Shown: positions 25,261 to 38,980 of the stretch, piece by piece
Numbering within the stretch: position 1 is the stretch's first letter
Layout of the letters: each line of letters starts with the position of its first letter
DNA from: Nemertoderma westbladi
Lineage: Eukaryota; Animalia; Xenacoelomorpha
Direction: 5' to 3'
DNA length: 64,000 nt
Assembly (NCBI GenBank): GCA_032718475.1
Contig: JAUCBJ010007177.1
Location: 1 to 64,000 of the forward strand
Program-made: the position numbers and the translations under genes
The notes under the pieces: model-generated
Told to the model about the DNA's origin: nothing
Seen by the model: only the letters and a program-made list of their open reading frames with translations
The model's database searches: none

Positions 25261-25419
25261 GTCCTGCCCTTCCTGCATTGAAGTCCCCAAGTAGTGTGAG
25301 GAAGGCATGCTTGTCTATACAGTCAGTACCTGCTTGCAGTTGGTTATAGAATATATAATATATATTCATCAGCTACATCAGCTACTTTGGGACCTTACCA
25401 GTACATGTGAAGTTACTCA

Positions 25420-25650
25420 TTGGTTCCCTGAGATGACACTTGAACAAGGCCGCCTTCGATTCGCAGGACATTGTTTTCGCCGTGAGGACCAGCCTGTGCA
25501 CATCTTGTGCTTTAACAGCCTAAAGGAGAGAACAAGCATGGTGGACATACAGTACGCATTACTTTCTTGAGACTCCTCTTAAATGATATTGAACTTGAAG
25601 ATTGAGGATAATCTCGCGAAAGTGAAGGGGGTTAGGGATATTGGGCTACG
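25420..25650 (+). mobile_element. Second degenerate RTE 3' fragment
   Basis: TLEQGRLRFAGHCFRREDQPVH is nearly identical to the 7926-8256 copy. Confidence 0.8.
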
Positions 25651-25961
25651 GGACAGGGGAGTTTTCGTTTCGGCATGATAATGCTTTAATTAAAGGGACT
25701 GCCGGGGCGCATATCTCTCAATGGCAATGGCAATAGCAATGGTGGCTAAATGAACACCGGGAAAGTATATAGTTCCTGGGGGACCTCACTGGCAATACAG
25801 TAAGTCGAAAGACTTTGTGCGTAATCAACATAATCTAACAGCCGGAGTAAACATTAAGTTACATTTACAGTATAAAAAAAGACTAATATTACCTAATATT
25901 TATTACAAATAAATAATTAATTTTAATCTAATATGGAACAAACCAGTTACAGTTTTAACCT

Positions 25962-26360
25962 CTAAATAATTTCCAAATAACATTCGGGACCTATATCAAT
26001 GGGTATTGTTAGCTTACTTGGAAGGTCGTAAGTTTTTTCAAAGGGCATTGTGGCGAGAAAACTAATCCCCAGGGTGAAGGGGCAGAGGATAATCTTAGCC
26101 AACCTGAGTCGATTGCGTAACTTAGTTATTCGGGCTATATGTGTATCCAAGGCATTCATAGCATCTCTAGTGTCGGAAGCTATAACTAGGTACAAATGCC
26201 GAACATTGATACCAGCAGTTCTGCCAGAAACAGCGTTCCATATCTCTGTGTCCCGGTATATTCTAGAACTCTTGAGATTGTAAACGACCACAGGTAGAGC
26301 GCAGTGTAGGTAGTGAGTCATTAATGTGTGGAGATCTCGGTCAGTTAGGTCCAGACGCAT
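25962..26360 (-). CDS. Hypothetical 132-aa protein with a C-terminal hydrophobic stretch
   Basis: ATG-to-stop ORF with higher GC than its AT-rich flanks. AATAAA lies ~60 nt after the stop (TTTATT at ~25899). No homology recognised. Confidence 0.5.
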   Translation of the reverse strand: MRLDLTDRDLHTLMTHYLHCALPVVVYNLKSSRIYRDTEIWNAVSGRTAGINVRHLYLVIASDTRDAMNALDTHIARITKLRNRLRLAKIILCPFTLGISFLATMPFEKTYDLPSKLTIPIDIGPECYLEII

Positions 26361-26756
26361 TTCCCGAAATATTCCGGTAGACAGACTTCCTGCTTGGGAA
26401 GCAGCGCAGTAAGCAGACGCTCGTAGACCACCGACAGCCTAGAGGAGCGATTCTATTGGTCAAACACGGTTTCCTTGCAGTGTTGTGATAATAATTAATA
26501 TAAAACTATTTCAATAAAACCAAAATAATAAATAAAATATACTAGTTTATTTATTTACTAATTTATATATTATTTATAGTAAATATATTGTAAATTTCGA
26601 CGGTCAGAAAATGATTGCAATTAAAATAATATATATGAATATCATATTTAACAGCGGACGATATATATATTTTTGTAAGGTAACGAAGTTAAAATAATGA
26701 TTGTAAACAACATACAAATCCAATGTGTAGTTTATTTAAAGTAACTAAAGTAATAA

Positions 26757-27188
26757 TTAATTTTTCAACAAACTGCTCGCTCGCATTATTAAGCCAATAG
26801 AATCACTCCCCTTTATGTGGTGAACTCTTTTCATAATATCAGTAGGACCGCGCATTTGTGGTGCGGTGCAATTGTTAACCGCTAACTCCATTGGGTCCTT
26901 CCTATCCTTAATAAACGCAGATCCGTAACACCATTCCTTCTGGTCCTCAACCCGCCAACGTTCCACGATGCTGGCACCAGGTCGACCTTGCGCGGGACTA
27001 CCAGCTGAACGACCCTGTGACTCCCTGGAAGCAAGTTGACCTTTCGCTCTGCTAACACCGGGATAAGTTGCACCACGTTGGGACCCAATAGGAACTTGTT
27101 GCTGGGGCAACGGTGGCGTATATACCTCACGGGTTGGGAATTCCCGTTCTTCTATAAATCCCTGATTTTGGTATTCCTGTTTTTCCAT
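26757..27188 (-). CDS. Hypothetical ~143-aa protein (MEKQEYQNQ...; low-complexity P/Q/G/R N-terminal half)
   Basis: GC-elevated ORF preceded by a pyrimidine-rich acceptor-like sequence TTTTATTTTCTCTGAAG (~27218-27234). It may be a terminal exon. Confidence 0.5.
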   Translation of the reverse strand: MEKQEYQNQGFIEEREFPTREVYTPPLPQQQVPIGSQRGATYPGVSRAKGQLASRESQGRSAGSPAQGRPGASIVERWRVEDQKEWCYGSAFIKDRKDPMELAVNNCTAPQMRGPTDIMKRVHHIKGSDSIGLIMRASSLLKN

Positions 27189-28527
27189 AAATTTTACAAT
27201 TAATTTCTCAATTAGGCCTTCAGAGAAAATAAAAATAATAAAATACTCAACTAACAAATTAATCATATAAATTTGAAATATAGATTGTAAGACATTGTGC
27301 GTCCCTGGCCTAAACGGCCGAAGAAAACTCAACTTTACTTTTATATGAAAACGTTACAGAATATTATTTGTTATTATTATAACTGATTGTAATTTAGACA
27401 GAAAATCTGATTGAATTATTACACTTCGCAGAATAGAGAAATGTATTGTTAATTAGCTAAATAACAACAATAATGGTAATGAACTGATAAAATAGGTTAA
27501 GAGGCAATGTTAATTAGCTGAAATCAAATATCAATCCAAATCACTTAGACGCTCGACTTTGGTCAATAAAGTATTTAGCGGAAGTAAAGAAAATGCGGTC
27601 AAGTTAGAAACCAACCATATTACACCGCGAACGATGACATCCTGTGATAGGTGAGATGAAAAGTGACATTTACTTACAGTTTATATACAGAGCTATTAAT
27701 TTTATAAATAATAATATATAATTTTTATAAATTTTTCACGGAAATAAATTGATGGACCTGTTATCCGTATGGCCTACAACAGGCAGGCTATTTATAGCTG
27801 ATACTGTGGAAGGGTGGCTGCAGTTGAGTGGTTTAATTGCATGCAAGACAGCAATTATACGGGTTGTTGCAGCTGTTGCAAATTACAAACGGAATTGAAT
27901 TTATTTATCTTACTCAAAAGCAAAAGGACAAACACACTTTTGATAAATACGAGAAATCATTTAACAGCCGTGTTTTTATCACGACTAATAACATCTCATC
28001 AGATCAATGTCTTTAACTCGATAAAGCCAAAACCGTACTTATTCGCCATTTCGTCAAATACTCGCCACATACTCTTACCGGCGCCTGATAAACTTTTGTA
28101 ACGGTTTTGTCACCAAATGACTCTACCATACTATTAATATTTAGTAACATATATAATTATTATATATTTTTAGATTCATAAATTTCGGCTCCTTTTGGCT
28201 TCAGTTTCACAACGGATATTGGTGCGCTATCTCTATAACTATCGATATTCTCATTGGTTACCCTCCAAATATCCCAGCTGACCGACAATGGCCAGGTTCT
28301 AGAATTAATGTATCCATGCAAGGCAATGGTGCCAGTTAACTTTATGCTATATATCAGTCCGGAATATCAGTATTCCAGTATTCATTCATGTAAGTTTAGA
28401 AATCTTACCAGCAAACATGAAATTTACATTCATACAGTAATTATTATTAACCCATAAATATCTGTTTTCGAATTAGCTGCTGCACATAGAGCACTGCTCA
28501 GATCGACGTAGTTGATCGCAGCTAATC

Positions 28528-31500
28528 CGAAACCGAAGGAAGGCCAACATCTGTTACATCAAATACTCGTGGTAGCAAACCGAAGGTAGGCCAACATCTG
28601 TTACACCAAATACTCGTGGTAACAAACCGAAGGTAGGCCAACATCTGTTACACCAAATACTCGTGGTAACAAACCGAAGGAAGGCCAACATCTGTTACAC
28701 CAAATACTCGTGTTAACAAGCCGAAGGAAGGCCAACATCTGTTACACGAAATACTCGTGGTAACAAACCGAAGGAAGGCCAACATCTGTTACACCAAATA
28801 CTCGTGTTAACAAGGCGAAGGAAGGCCAACATCTGTTACACCAAATACTCGTGTTAACAAGCCGAAGGAAGACCAACATCTGTTACACCAAATACTCGTG
28901 TTAACAAGCCGAAGGAAGGCCAACATCTGTTACACCAAATACTCGTGTTAACAAGCCGAAGGAAGGCCAACATCTGTTACACGAAATACTCGTGGTAACA
29001 AACCGAAGGAAGGCCAACATCTGTTACACCAAACACTCGTGGTAACAAACCGAAGGAAGGCCAACATCTGTTACACCAAATACTCGTGGTAACAAACCGA
29101 AGGAAGGCCAACATCTGTTACACCAAATACTCGTGGTAACAAACCGAAGGAAGGCCAACATCTGTTACACCAAATACTCGTGGTAACAAACCGAAGGAAG
29201 GCCAACATCTGTTACACCAAATACTCGTGGTAACAAAGCGAAGGAAGGCCAACATCTGTTACACCAAATACTCGTGGTAACAAACCGAAGGTAGGCCAAC
29301 ATCTGTTACACCAAATACTCGTGGTAACAAACCGAAGGAAGGCCAACATCTGTTACACCAAATACTCGTGGTAACAAACCGAAGGAAGGCCAACATCTGT
29401 TACACCAAATACTCGTGGTAACAAAGCGAAGGAAGGCCAACATCTGTTACACCAAATACTCGTGGTAACAAACCGAAGGTAGGCCAACATCTGTTACACC
29501 AAATACTCGTGGTAACAAACCGAAGGAAGGCCAACATCTGTTACACCAAATACTCGTGGTAACAAACCGAAGGAAGGCCAACATCTGTTACACCAAATAC
29601 TCGTGGTAACAAACCGAAGGAAGGCCAACATCTGTTACACCAAATACTCGTGGTAACAAACCGAAGGAAGGCCAACATCTGTTACACCAAATACTCGTGG
29701 TAACAAACCGAAGGAAGGCCAACATCTGTTACACCAAATAATCGTGGTAACAAACCGAAGGAAGGCCAACATCTGTTACACCAAATACTCGTGGTAACAA
29801 ACCGAAGGAAGGCCAACATCTGTTACACCAAATACTCGTGGTAACAAACCGAAGGAAGGCCAACATCTGTTACACCAAATACTCGTGGTGACAAAGCGAA
29901 GGAAGGCCAACATCTGTTACACCAAATACTCGTGGTAACAAACCGAAGGTAGGCCAACATCTGTTACACCAAATACTCGTGGTAACAAACCGAAGGAAGG
30001 CCAACATCTGTTACACCAAATACTCGTGGTAACAAACCGAAGGAAGGCCAACATCTGTTACACAAAATACTCGTGGTAACAAACCGAAGGTAGGCCAACA
30101 TCTGTTACACCAAATATTCGTGGTAACAAACCGAAGGAAGGCCAACATCTGTTACACCAAATACTCGTGGTAACAAACCGAAGATAGGCCAACATCTGTT
30201 ACACCAAATATTCGTGGTAACAAACCGAAGGAAGGCCAACATCTGTTACACCAAATACTCGTGGTAACAAACCGAAGGTAGGCCAACATCTGTTACACCA
30301 AATACTCGTGGTAACAAACCGAAGGAAGGCCAACATATGTTACACAAAATACTCGTGGTAACAAACCGAAGGTAGGCCAACATCTGTTACACCAAATACT
30401 CGTGGTAACAAACCGAAGGAAGGCCAACATCTGTTACACCAAATACTCGTGGTAACAAACCGAAGGAAGGCCAACATCTGTTACACCAAATACTCGTGGT
30501 AACAAACCGAAGGAAGACCAACATTTGTTACACCAAATACTCGTGGTAACAAACCGAAGGAAGGCCAACATCTGTTACACCAAATACTCGTGGTAACAAA
30601 CCGAAGAAAGGCCAACATCTGTTACACCAAATACTCGTGGTAACAAACCGAAGGAAGGCCAACATCTGTTACACCAAATACTCGTGGTAACAAACCGAAG
30701 GAAGGCCAGCATCTGTTACACCAAATACTCGTGGTAACAAACCGAAGGAAGGCCAACATCTGTTACACCAAATACTCGTGGTAACAAACCGAAGGAAGGC
30801 CAACATCTGTTACACCAAATAGTCGTGGTAACAAACCGAAAGAAGGCCAACATCTGTTACACCAAATAGTCGTGGTAACAAACCGAAGGAAGGCCAACAT
30901 CTGTTACACCAAATACTCGTGGTAACAAACCGAAGGAAAGCCAACATCTGTTACACCAAATAGTCGTGGTAACAAACCGAAGGAAGGCCAACATCTGTTA
31001 CACCAAATACTCGTGGTAGCAAACCGAATGAAGGCCAACATCTGTTACACCAAATACTCGTGGTAACAAGCCGAAGGAAGGCCAACATCTGTTACACCAA
31101 ACACTCGTGGTAACAAACCGAAGGAAGGCCAACATCTGTTACACAAATTAGGGTGGTAATAAACCGAAGGAAGGAAGGCCAACATCTGTTACACCAAATA
31201 CTCGTGGTAACAAACCGAAGGAAGGCCAACATCTGTTACACCAAATACTCGTGGTAACAAACCGAAGATAGGCCAACATCTGTTACACCAAATACTCGTG
31301 GTAACAAACCGAAGGAAGCCCAACATCTGTTACACCAAATACTCGTGGTAACAAACCGAAGGAAGGCCAACATCTGTTACACCAAACACTCGTGGTAACA
31401 AACCGAAGGAAGGCCAACATCTGTTACACCAAATACTCGTGGTAACAAACCGAAGGAAGGCCAACATCTGTTACACAAAATACTCGTGGTAACAAACCGA

Positions 31501-34500
31501 AGGTAGGCCAACATCTGTTACACCAAATATTCGTGGTAACAAACCGAAGGAAGGCCAACATCTGTTACACCAAATACTCGTGGTAACAAACCGAAGATAG
31601 GCCAACATCTGTTACACCAAATATTCGTGGTAACAAACCGAAGGAAGGCCAACATCTGTTACACCAAATACTCGTGGTAACAAACCGAAGGTAGGCCAAC
31701 ATCTGTTACACCAAATACTCGTGGTAACAAACCGAAGGAAGGCCAACATATGTTACACAAAATACTCGTGGTAACAAACCGAAGGTAGGCCAACATCTGT
31801 TACACCAAATACTCGTGGTAACAAACCGAAGGAAGGCCAACATCTGTTACACCAAATACTCGTGGTAACAAACCGAAGGAAGGCCAACATCTGTTACACC
31901 AAATACTCGTGGTAACAAACCGAAGGAAGACCAACATTTGTTACACCAAATACTCGTGGTAACAAACCGAAGGAAGGCCAACATCTGTTACACCAAATAC
32001 TCGTGGTAACAAACCGAAGAAAGGCCAACATCTGTTACACCAAATACTCGTGGTAACAAACCGAAGGAAGGCCAACATCTGTTACACCAAATACTCGTGG
32101 TAACAAACCGAAGGAAGGCCAGCATCTGTTACACCAAATACTCGTGGTAACAAACCGAAGGAAGGCCAACATCTGTTACACCAAATACTCGTGGTAACAA
32201 ACCGAAGGAAGGCCAACATCTGTTACACCAAATAGTCGTGGTAACAAACCGAAAGAAGGCCAACATCTGTTACACCAAATAGTCGTGGTAACAAACCGAA
32301 GGAAGGCCAACATCTGTTACACCAAATACTCGTGGTAACAAACCGAAGGAAAGCCAACATCTGTTACACCAAATAGTCGTGGTAACAAACCGAAGGAAGG
32401 CCAACATCTGTTACACCAAATACTCGTGGTAACAAACCGAATGAAGGCCAACATCTGTTACACCAAATACTCGTGGTAACAAGCCGAAGGAAGGCCAACA
32501 TCTGTTACACCAAACACTCGTGGTAACAAACCGAAGGAAGGCCAACATCTGTTACACAAATTAGGGTGGTAATAAACCGAAGGAAGGAAGGCCAACATCT
32601 GTTACACCAAATACTCGTGGTAACAAACCGAAGGAAGGCCAACATCTGTTACACCAAATACTCGTGGTAACAAACCGAAGATAGGCCAACATCTGTTACA
32701 CCAAATACTCGTGGTAACAAACCGAAGGAAGCCCAACATCTGTTACACCAAATACTCGTGGTAACAAACCGAAGGAAGGCCAACATCTGTTACACCAAAC
32801 ACTCGTGGTAACAAACCGAAGGAAGGCCAACATCTGTTACACCAAATAGTCGTGGTAACAAACCGAAGGAAGGCTAACATCTGTTACACCAAATACTCGT
32901 GGTAACAAACCGAAGGAAGGCCAACATCTGTTACACCAAATACTCGTGGTAACAAACCGAAGGAAGGCCAACATCTGTTACACCAAACACTCGTGGTAAC
33001 AAACCGAAGGAAGGCCAACATCTGTTACACCAAATACTCGTGGTAACAAACCGAAGGAAGACCAACATTTGTTACACCAAACACTCGTGGTAACAAACCG
33101 AAGGAAGGCCAACATCTGTTACACCAAATACTCGTGGTAACAAACCGAAGGAAGACCAACATCTGTTACACCAAACACTCGTGGTAACAAACCGAAGGAA
33201 GGCCAACATCTGTTACACCAAATAGTCGTGGTAACAAACCGAAGAAAGGCCAACATCTGTTACACCAAATACTCGTGGTAACAAACCGAAGGAAGGCCAA
33301 CATCTGTTACACCAAATACTCGTGGTAACAAACCGAAGGAAGGCCAACATCTGTTACACCAAATAGTCGTGGTAACAAACCGAAGGAAGGCTAACATCTG
33401 TTACACCAAATACTCGTGGTAACAAACCGAAGGAAGGCCAACATCTGTTACACCAAACACTCGTGGTAACAACCCGAAGGAAGGCCAACATCTGTTACAC
33501 CAAATACTCGTGGTAACAAACCGAAGGAAGGCCAACATCTGTTACACCAAATACTCGTGGTAACAAACCGAAGGAAGGCCAACATCTGTTACACCAAATA
33601 CTCGTGGTAACAAACCGAAGGAAGGCCAACATCTGTTACACCAAATACTCGTGGTAACAAACCGAAGGAAGGCCAACATCTGTTACACCAAACACTCGTG
33701 GTAACAAACCAAAGGAAGGCCAACATCTGTTACACCAAACACTCGTGGTAACAAACCGAAGGAAGGCCAACATCTGTTACACCAAATACTCGTGGTAACA
33801 AACCGAAGCAAGGCCAACATCTGTTACACCAAATACTCGTGGTAACAAACCGAAGCAAGGCCAACATCTGTTACACCAAATACTCGTGGTAACAAACCGA
33901 AGGTAGGCCAACATCTGTTACACCAAACACTCGTGGTAACAAACCGAAGGAAGGCCAACATCTGTTACACCAAACACTCGTGGTAACAAACCGAAGGAAG
34001 GCCAACATCTGTTACACCAAACACTCGTGGTGACAAACCGAAGGAAGGCCAACATCTGTTACACCAAATACTCGTGGTAACAAGCCGAAGGAAGGCCAAC
34101 ATCTGTTACACCAAATACTCGTGGTAACAAGCCGAAGGAAGGCCAACATATGTTACACCAAATACTCGTGGTAACAAACCGAAGGAAGGCCAACATCTGT
34201 TACACCAAATACTCGTGGTAACAAGCCGAAGGAAGGCCAACATCTGTTACACCAAATACTCGTGGTAACAAACCGAAGGAAGGCCAACATCTGTTACACC
34301 AAATACTCGTGGTAACAAACCGAAGGAAGGCCAACATCTGTTACACCAAATACTCGTGGTAACAAACCGAAGGAAGGCCAACATCTTTTACACCAAATAC
34401 TCGGGGTAACAAACCGAAGGAAGGCCAACATCTGTTACACCAAATACTCGTGGTAACAAACCGAAGGAAGGCCAACATCTGTTACACCAAATACTCGTGG

Positions 34501-34800
34501 TAACAAACCGAAGGAAGGCCAACATCTTTTACACCAAATACTCGGGGTAACAAACCGAAGGAAGGCCAACATCTGTTACACCAAACACTCGTGGTAACAA
34601 ACCGAAGGAAGGCCAACATCTGTTACACCAAATACTCGTGGTAACAAACCGAAGAAAGGCCAACATCTGTTACACCAAATACTCGTGGTAACAAACCGAA
34701 GGTAGGCCAACATCTTTTACACCAAATACTCGTGGTAACAAACCGAAGGAAGGCCAACATCTTTTACACCAAATACTCGTGGTAACAAACCGAAGTAAGG
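28528..34800. repeat. 47-bp tandem array (CCGAAGGAAGGCCAACATCTGTTACACCAAATACTCGTGGTAACAAA), ~133 copies
   Basis: Period read directly. It includes a ~1.41-kb higher-order duplication. Confidence 0.98.
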
Positions 34801-35291
34801 TTCTTCGTTCGAATGCCTTTAGCCTATTTAATTTTTAGGGTGAGGTAAATGTCATGACCTTGTGATTTCCATAAGCAACGCCGTAAATCGGTTAAACTTA
34901 CGCTGTACAATAGTTACCATCTTATGGTCTGAGAGTTTTTGGGATGATATGCAGAAAAATAAGGATCATAGCGAAATATTATATTTAAATACTTAAACTA
35001 TAAAGTCTTGAACGTGTTACATAAAACAATTAATAAAATAATCCAGATCACCGAAATATAATAGGAAAGTTAGGCATAAGGTTGTCAGCAACAACATATT
35101 TACAATTCAACCAATCAAGACCGTTTCAGATATTTAACCTTTTAGGATGCTCTCCGGCATGGTCTACTAATAATTATTGCCACATCATCGTTTCTAAAGT
35201 TTCTAGGACAACGGACGACTCGCAAACCAATCACAACCTTGAAGAAAGATCACCAAGCAATATGCGACCAATCACGAAGTGTGGACTGAAG

Positions 35292-35505
35292 TTAGGCATA
35301 CATATCCTCACGGTCTCCAATCCCCATAGTTTCGCCCTCCTCCAAGGAACTGAAGTTGAGGAAGTGATTGGCTCGGTGAATTTCGTTATAGAATTCTTTG
35401 GGATTCGCGAGTTGTAGTTCGTACCGCATGGTGGCGTCGTGACGGACTCCCATAAAGTTGTAATTCCAGGAACCGATAGCTGGAACCATAAAGAAGCCCA
35501 GGAAC
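35292..35505 (-). CDS. PRPF8: PRP8 terminal coding exon (FLGFFMVP...DREDMYA*)
   Basis: Near-identical to the Prp8 C-terminal tail. Acceptor TTTCCACAG|G; phase fits the previous exon. Confidence 0.97.
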
Positions 35506-35626
35506 CTGTGGAAATAAACAAGTTAGAACGAGGGATGGATAAATTAGATAGAGCCTCATGCCTTTAAAATATGCTGAGAAAACTAACAATTTCGAAAAAA
35601 TATACTAACAAATCTAAAAGTCTAAC

Positions 35627-35868
35627 CTGTCAGACAGTAGCAACTGCACCCGCTCATAGTGGCTAGGCAAGTATCCCTTAGGTTGGTTACCGGTATCTCG
35701 GTTGTTTCTTCCCCACTCGTAACCGGAAGGTGTCAGTTTATACGAGCAGAGACTAACAGACCCTGGTGTGAAACTAACAGTAACAACTATTGTTCGCTCG
35801 CCGTCCCACTGGGTATTGTCCGCCATAATCTTGGCGTGGGTTGTGACATCTTGGGAGGATAGTTGCAC
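35627..35868 (-). CDS. PRPF8: PRP8 exon ([17 protein letters not shown]...LLSDR)
   Basis: Jab1/MPN domain sequence. Acceptor TTTCAG|GTG, donor AG|GTTAGA; 242 nt. Confidence 0.97.
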
Positions 35869-36105
35869 CTGAAATATGGGAAATAAAATTGAGTGGAATT
35901 CACCACTATAGTAGAGATCATTATCAGATATCTTTATCAATTAATGGACAGATAGGAGGGAGCCAAACCGAAGGCAAACTCTAGTGGAAGTTAGTAATAC
36001 CTGCAGATACAGAATATATACAATTATTATTTTATGAGCAAATTATATTTAAAAGAATGAACATAATATGACCAATACATAACATAATGATACCGTCTCG
36101 CCGAC

Positions 36106-36246
36106 CTGTTCATTTGGCTGTGTGTGGATCCAACCCAGAGGTTCCATTTCCTTAAGGTATTCATGTTCCGGTAATAGGTTGGGTAGATGTACTGTTTGGT
36201 GGGTACCCCACTGTGGTACCATTACTATACAGTGGATCTCTTTAAC
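36106..36246 (-). CDS. PRPF8: PRP8 exon ([47 protein letters not shown])
   Basis: Manual translation matches Prp8; 141 nt in frame. Acceptor TTTAG|GTT, donor CAG|GTCGGC (weak). Not in the ORF track. Confidence 0.93.
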
Positions 36247-38980
36247 CTAAATAGTAACAGGTTGGGTAGATGTAATGTTTGGTGGGTACCCCACTGTGGT
36301 ACCATTACTATACAGTGGATCTCTTTAACCTAAATAGTAACAGGTTGGGTAGATGTACTGTTTGGTGGGTACCCAACTGTGGTACCATTACTATACAGTG
36401 GATCTCTTTAACCTAAATAGTAACAGGTTGGGTAGATGTACTGTTTGGTGGGTACCCCACTGTGGTACCATTACTATACAGTGGATCTCTTTAACCTAAA
36501 TAGTAACAGGTTGGGTAGATGTAATGTTTGGTGGGTACCCCACTGTGGTACCATTACAATACAGTGGATCTCTTTAACCTAAATACTAACAGGTTGGGTA
36601 TAGATGTACTGTTTGGTGGGTACCCCACTGTGGTACCATTACTATACAGTGGATCTCTTTAACCTAAATAGTAACAGGTTGGGTAGATGTAATGTTTGGT
36701 GGGTACCCCACTGTGGTACCATTACTATACAGTGGATCTCTTTAACCTAAATAGTAACAGGTTGGGTAGATGTAATGTTTGGTGGGTACCCCACTGTGGT
36801 ACCATTACAATACAGTGGATCTCTTTAACCTAAATACTAACAGGTTGGGTAGATGTACTGTTTGGTGGGTACCCCACTGTGGTACCATTACTATACAGTG
36901 GATCTCTTTAACCTAAATACTAACAGGTTGGGTAGATGTACTGTTCGGTGGGTACCCCACTGTGGTACCATTACTATACAGTGGATCTCTTTAACCTAAA
37001 TAGTAACAGGTTGGGTAGGTGTACTGTTTGGTGGGTACCCCACTGTGGTACCATTACTATACAGTGGATCTCTTTAACCTAAATAGTAACAGGTTGGGTA
37101 GATGTACTGTGTGGTGGGTACCCCACTGTGGTACCATTCCTTTTCAGTGGATATCTTTAATCTAAATAGTAACAGGTTGGGTAGATGTACTGTGTGGTGG
37201 GTACCCCACTGTGGTACCATTCCTTTTCAGTGGATATCTTTAATCTAAATAGTAACAGGTTGGGTAGATGTACTGTTTGGTGGGTACCCCACTGTGGTAC
37301 CATTCCTTTTCAGTGGATATCTTTAATCTAAATAGTAACAGGTTGGGTAGATGTACTGTGTGGTGGGTACCCCACCGTGGTACCATTCCTTTTCAGTGGA
37401 TATCTTTAATCTAAATAGTAACAGGTTGGGTAGATGTACTGTGTGGTGGGTACCCCACTGTGGTACCATTCCTTTTCAGTGGATATCTTTAATCTAAATA
37501 GTAACAGGTTGGGTAGATGTACTGTTTGGTGGGTACCCCACTGTGGTACCATTACTATACAGTGGATCTCTTTAACCTAAATAGTAACAGGTTGGGTAGA
37601 TGTACTGTTTGGTGGGTACCCCACTGTGGTACCATTACTATACAGTGGATCTCTTTAACCTAAATAGTAACAGGTTGGGTAGATGTACTGTGTGGTGGGT
37701 ACCCCACTGTGGTACCATTCCTTTTCAGTGGATATCTTTAATCTAAATAGTAACAGGTTGGGTAGATGTACTGTTTGGTGGGTACCCCACTGTGGTACCA
37801 TTCCTTTTCAGTGGATATCTTTAATCTAAATAGTAACAGGTTGGGTAGATGTACTGTTTGGTGGGTACCCCACTGTGGTACTAATACTATACAGTGGATC
37901 TCTTTAACCTATATAGTAACAGGTTGGGTAGATGTGCTGTTTGGTGGGTACCCCACTGTGGTACCATTCCTTTTCAGTGGATCTCTTTAACCTAAATAGT
38001 AACAGATTGGGTAGATGTACTGTTTGGTGGGTACCCCACTGTGGTACTATTACTATACAGTGGATCTCTTTAACCTAAATAGTAACAGGTTGGGTAGATG
38101 TACTGTTTGGTGGGTACCCCACTGTGGTACCATTACTATACAGTGGATCTCTTTAAACTAAATAGTAACAGGTTGGGTAGATGTACTGTTTGGTGGGTAC
38201 CCCACTGTGGTACCATTACTATACAGTGGATCTCTTTAACCTAAATAGTAACAGGTTGGGTAGATGTACTGTTTGGTGGGTACCCCACTGTGGTACCATT
38301 CCTTTTCAGTGGATCTCTTTAACCTAAATAGTAACAGGTTGGGTAGATGTACTGTTTGGTAGGTACCCCACTGTGGTACCATTCCTTTTCAGTGGATCTC
38401 TTTAACCTAAATAGTAACAGGTTGGGTAGATGTAATGTTTGGTGGGTACCCCACTGTGGTACTATTACTATACAGTGGATCTCTTTCACCTAAATAGTAA
38501 CAGGTTGGGTAGATGTACTGTTTGGTGGGTACCCCACTGTGGTACTATTACTATACAGTGGATCTCTTTCACCTAAATAGTAACAGGTTGGGTAGATGTA
38601 CGGTTTGGTGGGTACCCCACTGTGGTACCATTACTATACAGTGGATCTCTTTCACCTAAATAGTAACAGGTTGGGTAGATGTACTGTTTGGTGGGTACCC
38701 CACTGTGGTACCATTACTATAAAGTGGATCTCTTTAACCTAAATAGAAACAGGTTGGGTAGATGTGCCGTTTGGTGGGTGCCCCACTGTGGTACCATTAC
38801 TATACACATACAGTGGATCTAGTTAACCTAAATAGTAACAGGTTGGGTAGATGTACTGTTTGGTGGGTACCCCACTGTGGTACCATTACTATACACATAC
38901 AGTGGATCTAGTTAACCTAAATAGTAACAGGTTGGATAGATGTAATGTTTGGTGGGTAGTACCCTGTGGTACCATTACTA
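36247..38980. repeat. 83-bp tandem array (~33 copies) made of the PRP8 acceptor plus exon 5' part, filling an intron
   Basis: Minus-strand unit: GTTAAAGAGATCCACTGTATAGTAATGGTACCACAGTGGGGTACCCACCAAACAGTACATCTACCCAACCTGTTACTATTTAG. Confidence 0.97.

Noticed and set aside
28528-34800. CRISPR-like appearance of the 47-bp and other arrays
   Set aside because: Head-to-tail monomers with no unique spacers, no cas genes, and a eukaryotic context.
35067-35300. 12-bp direct repeat AAGTTAGGCATA at the PRP8 stop codon and ~220 bp downstream in the 3' UTR
   Set aside because: No TIRs or tail between the copies, so it cannot be distinguished from chance.
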